Assembly (NCBI GenBank): GCA_030039515.1
Contig: JASHVT010000078.1
Span: 1-25,576, forward strand
DNA from: Nitrososphaerales archaeon
Lineage (GTDB): Archaea > Thermoproteota > Nitrososphaeria > Nitrososphaerales > Gagatemarchaeaceae
Direction: 5' to 3'
Length of the DNA: 25,576 bases
The translations under genes were made by a program, and so were the position numbers. Shown here in pieces: positions 25,152 through 25,576 of the stretch. The notes under the pieces were generated by a model. The model saw only the letters and a program-made list of their open reading frames with translations. It was not told the origin of the DNA and did not search any database. Each line of letters starts with the position of its first letter. Positions within the stretch are counted from its first letter, which is position 1.

Positions 25152-25535
25152 GTGTCAGAGCTCGCCGAGTCGCTCGTGGCTGTGTCGTCTTTGACGCCGC
25201 GTCAGATGGGCGTGCTAGCCAGTCATCTTAGGGTCGCGGCCGGTGAGTTAGGCTTGAAGGAAGCTGCCGCTCTCAGCTCCAAGGGTAGAGTGAAGGGTGA
25301 CTCGGGGCGCCCCTTGTCCATCGGATCATATGGCAGGACAGTTCAACAAGCGCGTGAGAACATCAAGGAAGCGATAGCGACGGTGTTCATCGCGACTTGC
25401 CTGAATCTCATTAAGGCCGAAGATGTCAAGAGACTGCTCGACCTGGCGCAAACTGGATCCAAGAAGCTGACGGAAGACGAGCAGGAGAAGATAGCGAACC
25501 TGGTTGAAGCGTTATTGGAGAGGATGGTGTTATGA
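25152..25535 (+). CDS. Hypothetical protein, probably HTH-like DNA-binding
   Basis: Contains SSLTPRQ...LKEAAAL...SIGSYGRTVQQARENI followed by a hydrophobic helix. GTG start. I cannot name the family. Confidence 0.65.
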   Translation: MSELAESLVAVSSLTPRQMGVLASHLRVAAGELGLKEAAALSSKGRVKGDSGRPLSIGSYGRTVQQARENIKEAIATVFIATCLNLIKAEDVKRLLDLAQTGSKKLTEDEQEKIANLVEALLERMVL

Positions 25536-25550
25536 GGTCACGTCGCAGAC

Positions 25551-25558
25551 CTTAAATC
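25551..25558 (+). promoter_or_regulatory. Possible TATA box for a gene beyond the window
   Basis: CTTAAATC, identical to the rpl44e promoter 8-mer. Confidence 0.35.
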
Positions 25559-25576
25559 ATGTTGCATCGCATGTTG

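Noticed and set aside
25558-25576. CATGTTG direct repeat at the window end
   Set aside because: There are only two short copies at the truncated edge, so it cannot be evaluated.

Overview
This is a GC-rich archaeal chromosomal window of core information-processing genes. The PolD DP2, Elf1, Nop10, GINS, AglB, Sec61beta and GGGPS genes point to a TACK archaeon, and Nitrososphaerota is my inferred best guess. Gene order: TFS 3' end (+); gins51, priS (-); an orphan gene (+); PCNA (-); rpl44e-rps27e-aIF2alpha-nop10 (+); aglB, gcvH, gcvT (-); small Zn-ribbon, type IA topoisomerase, small Zn protein, 3-TM membrane protein (+); P-loop-less RecA-fold protein (-); YqgF/RNase H-like protein (+); XPD helicase, HD phosphohydrolase, tmk, DUF2070, Sec61beta, glyA, polC, GGGPS, elf1 (-); an AT-rich spacer; an HTH-like gene (+). 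Five real small genes are not in the ORF track: the TFS end, rps27e (as its own ORF), nop10, the 8829 Zn ribbon and Sec61beta. I found no mobile elements, CRISPR, tRNA or rRNA. The best lead is the membrane protein at 11316-11723, which aligns by eye with the eukaryotic OST subunit OSTC/DC2 (OST3/OST6 family) and lies about 4 kb from an STT3-like aglB, suggesting a multi-subunit OST in a non-Asgard archaeon. Other leads are a repair-like cluster around the topoisomerase, palindrome-embedded TATA boxes, a possible UUCG-capped ncRNA, and an AT-rich palindromic spacer next to an HTH gene. All family calls come from motif recognition, with no database searches.
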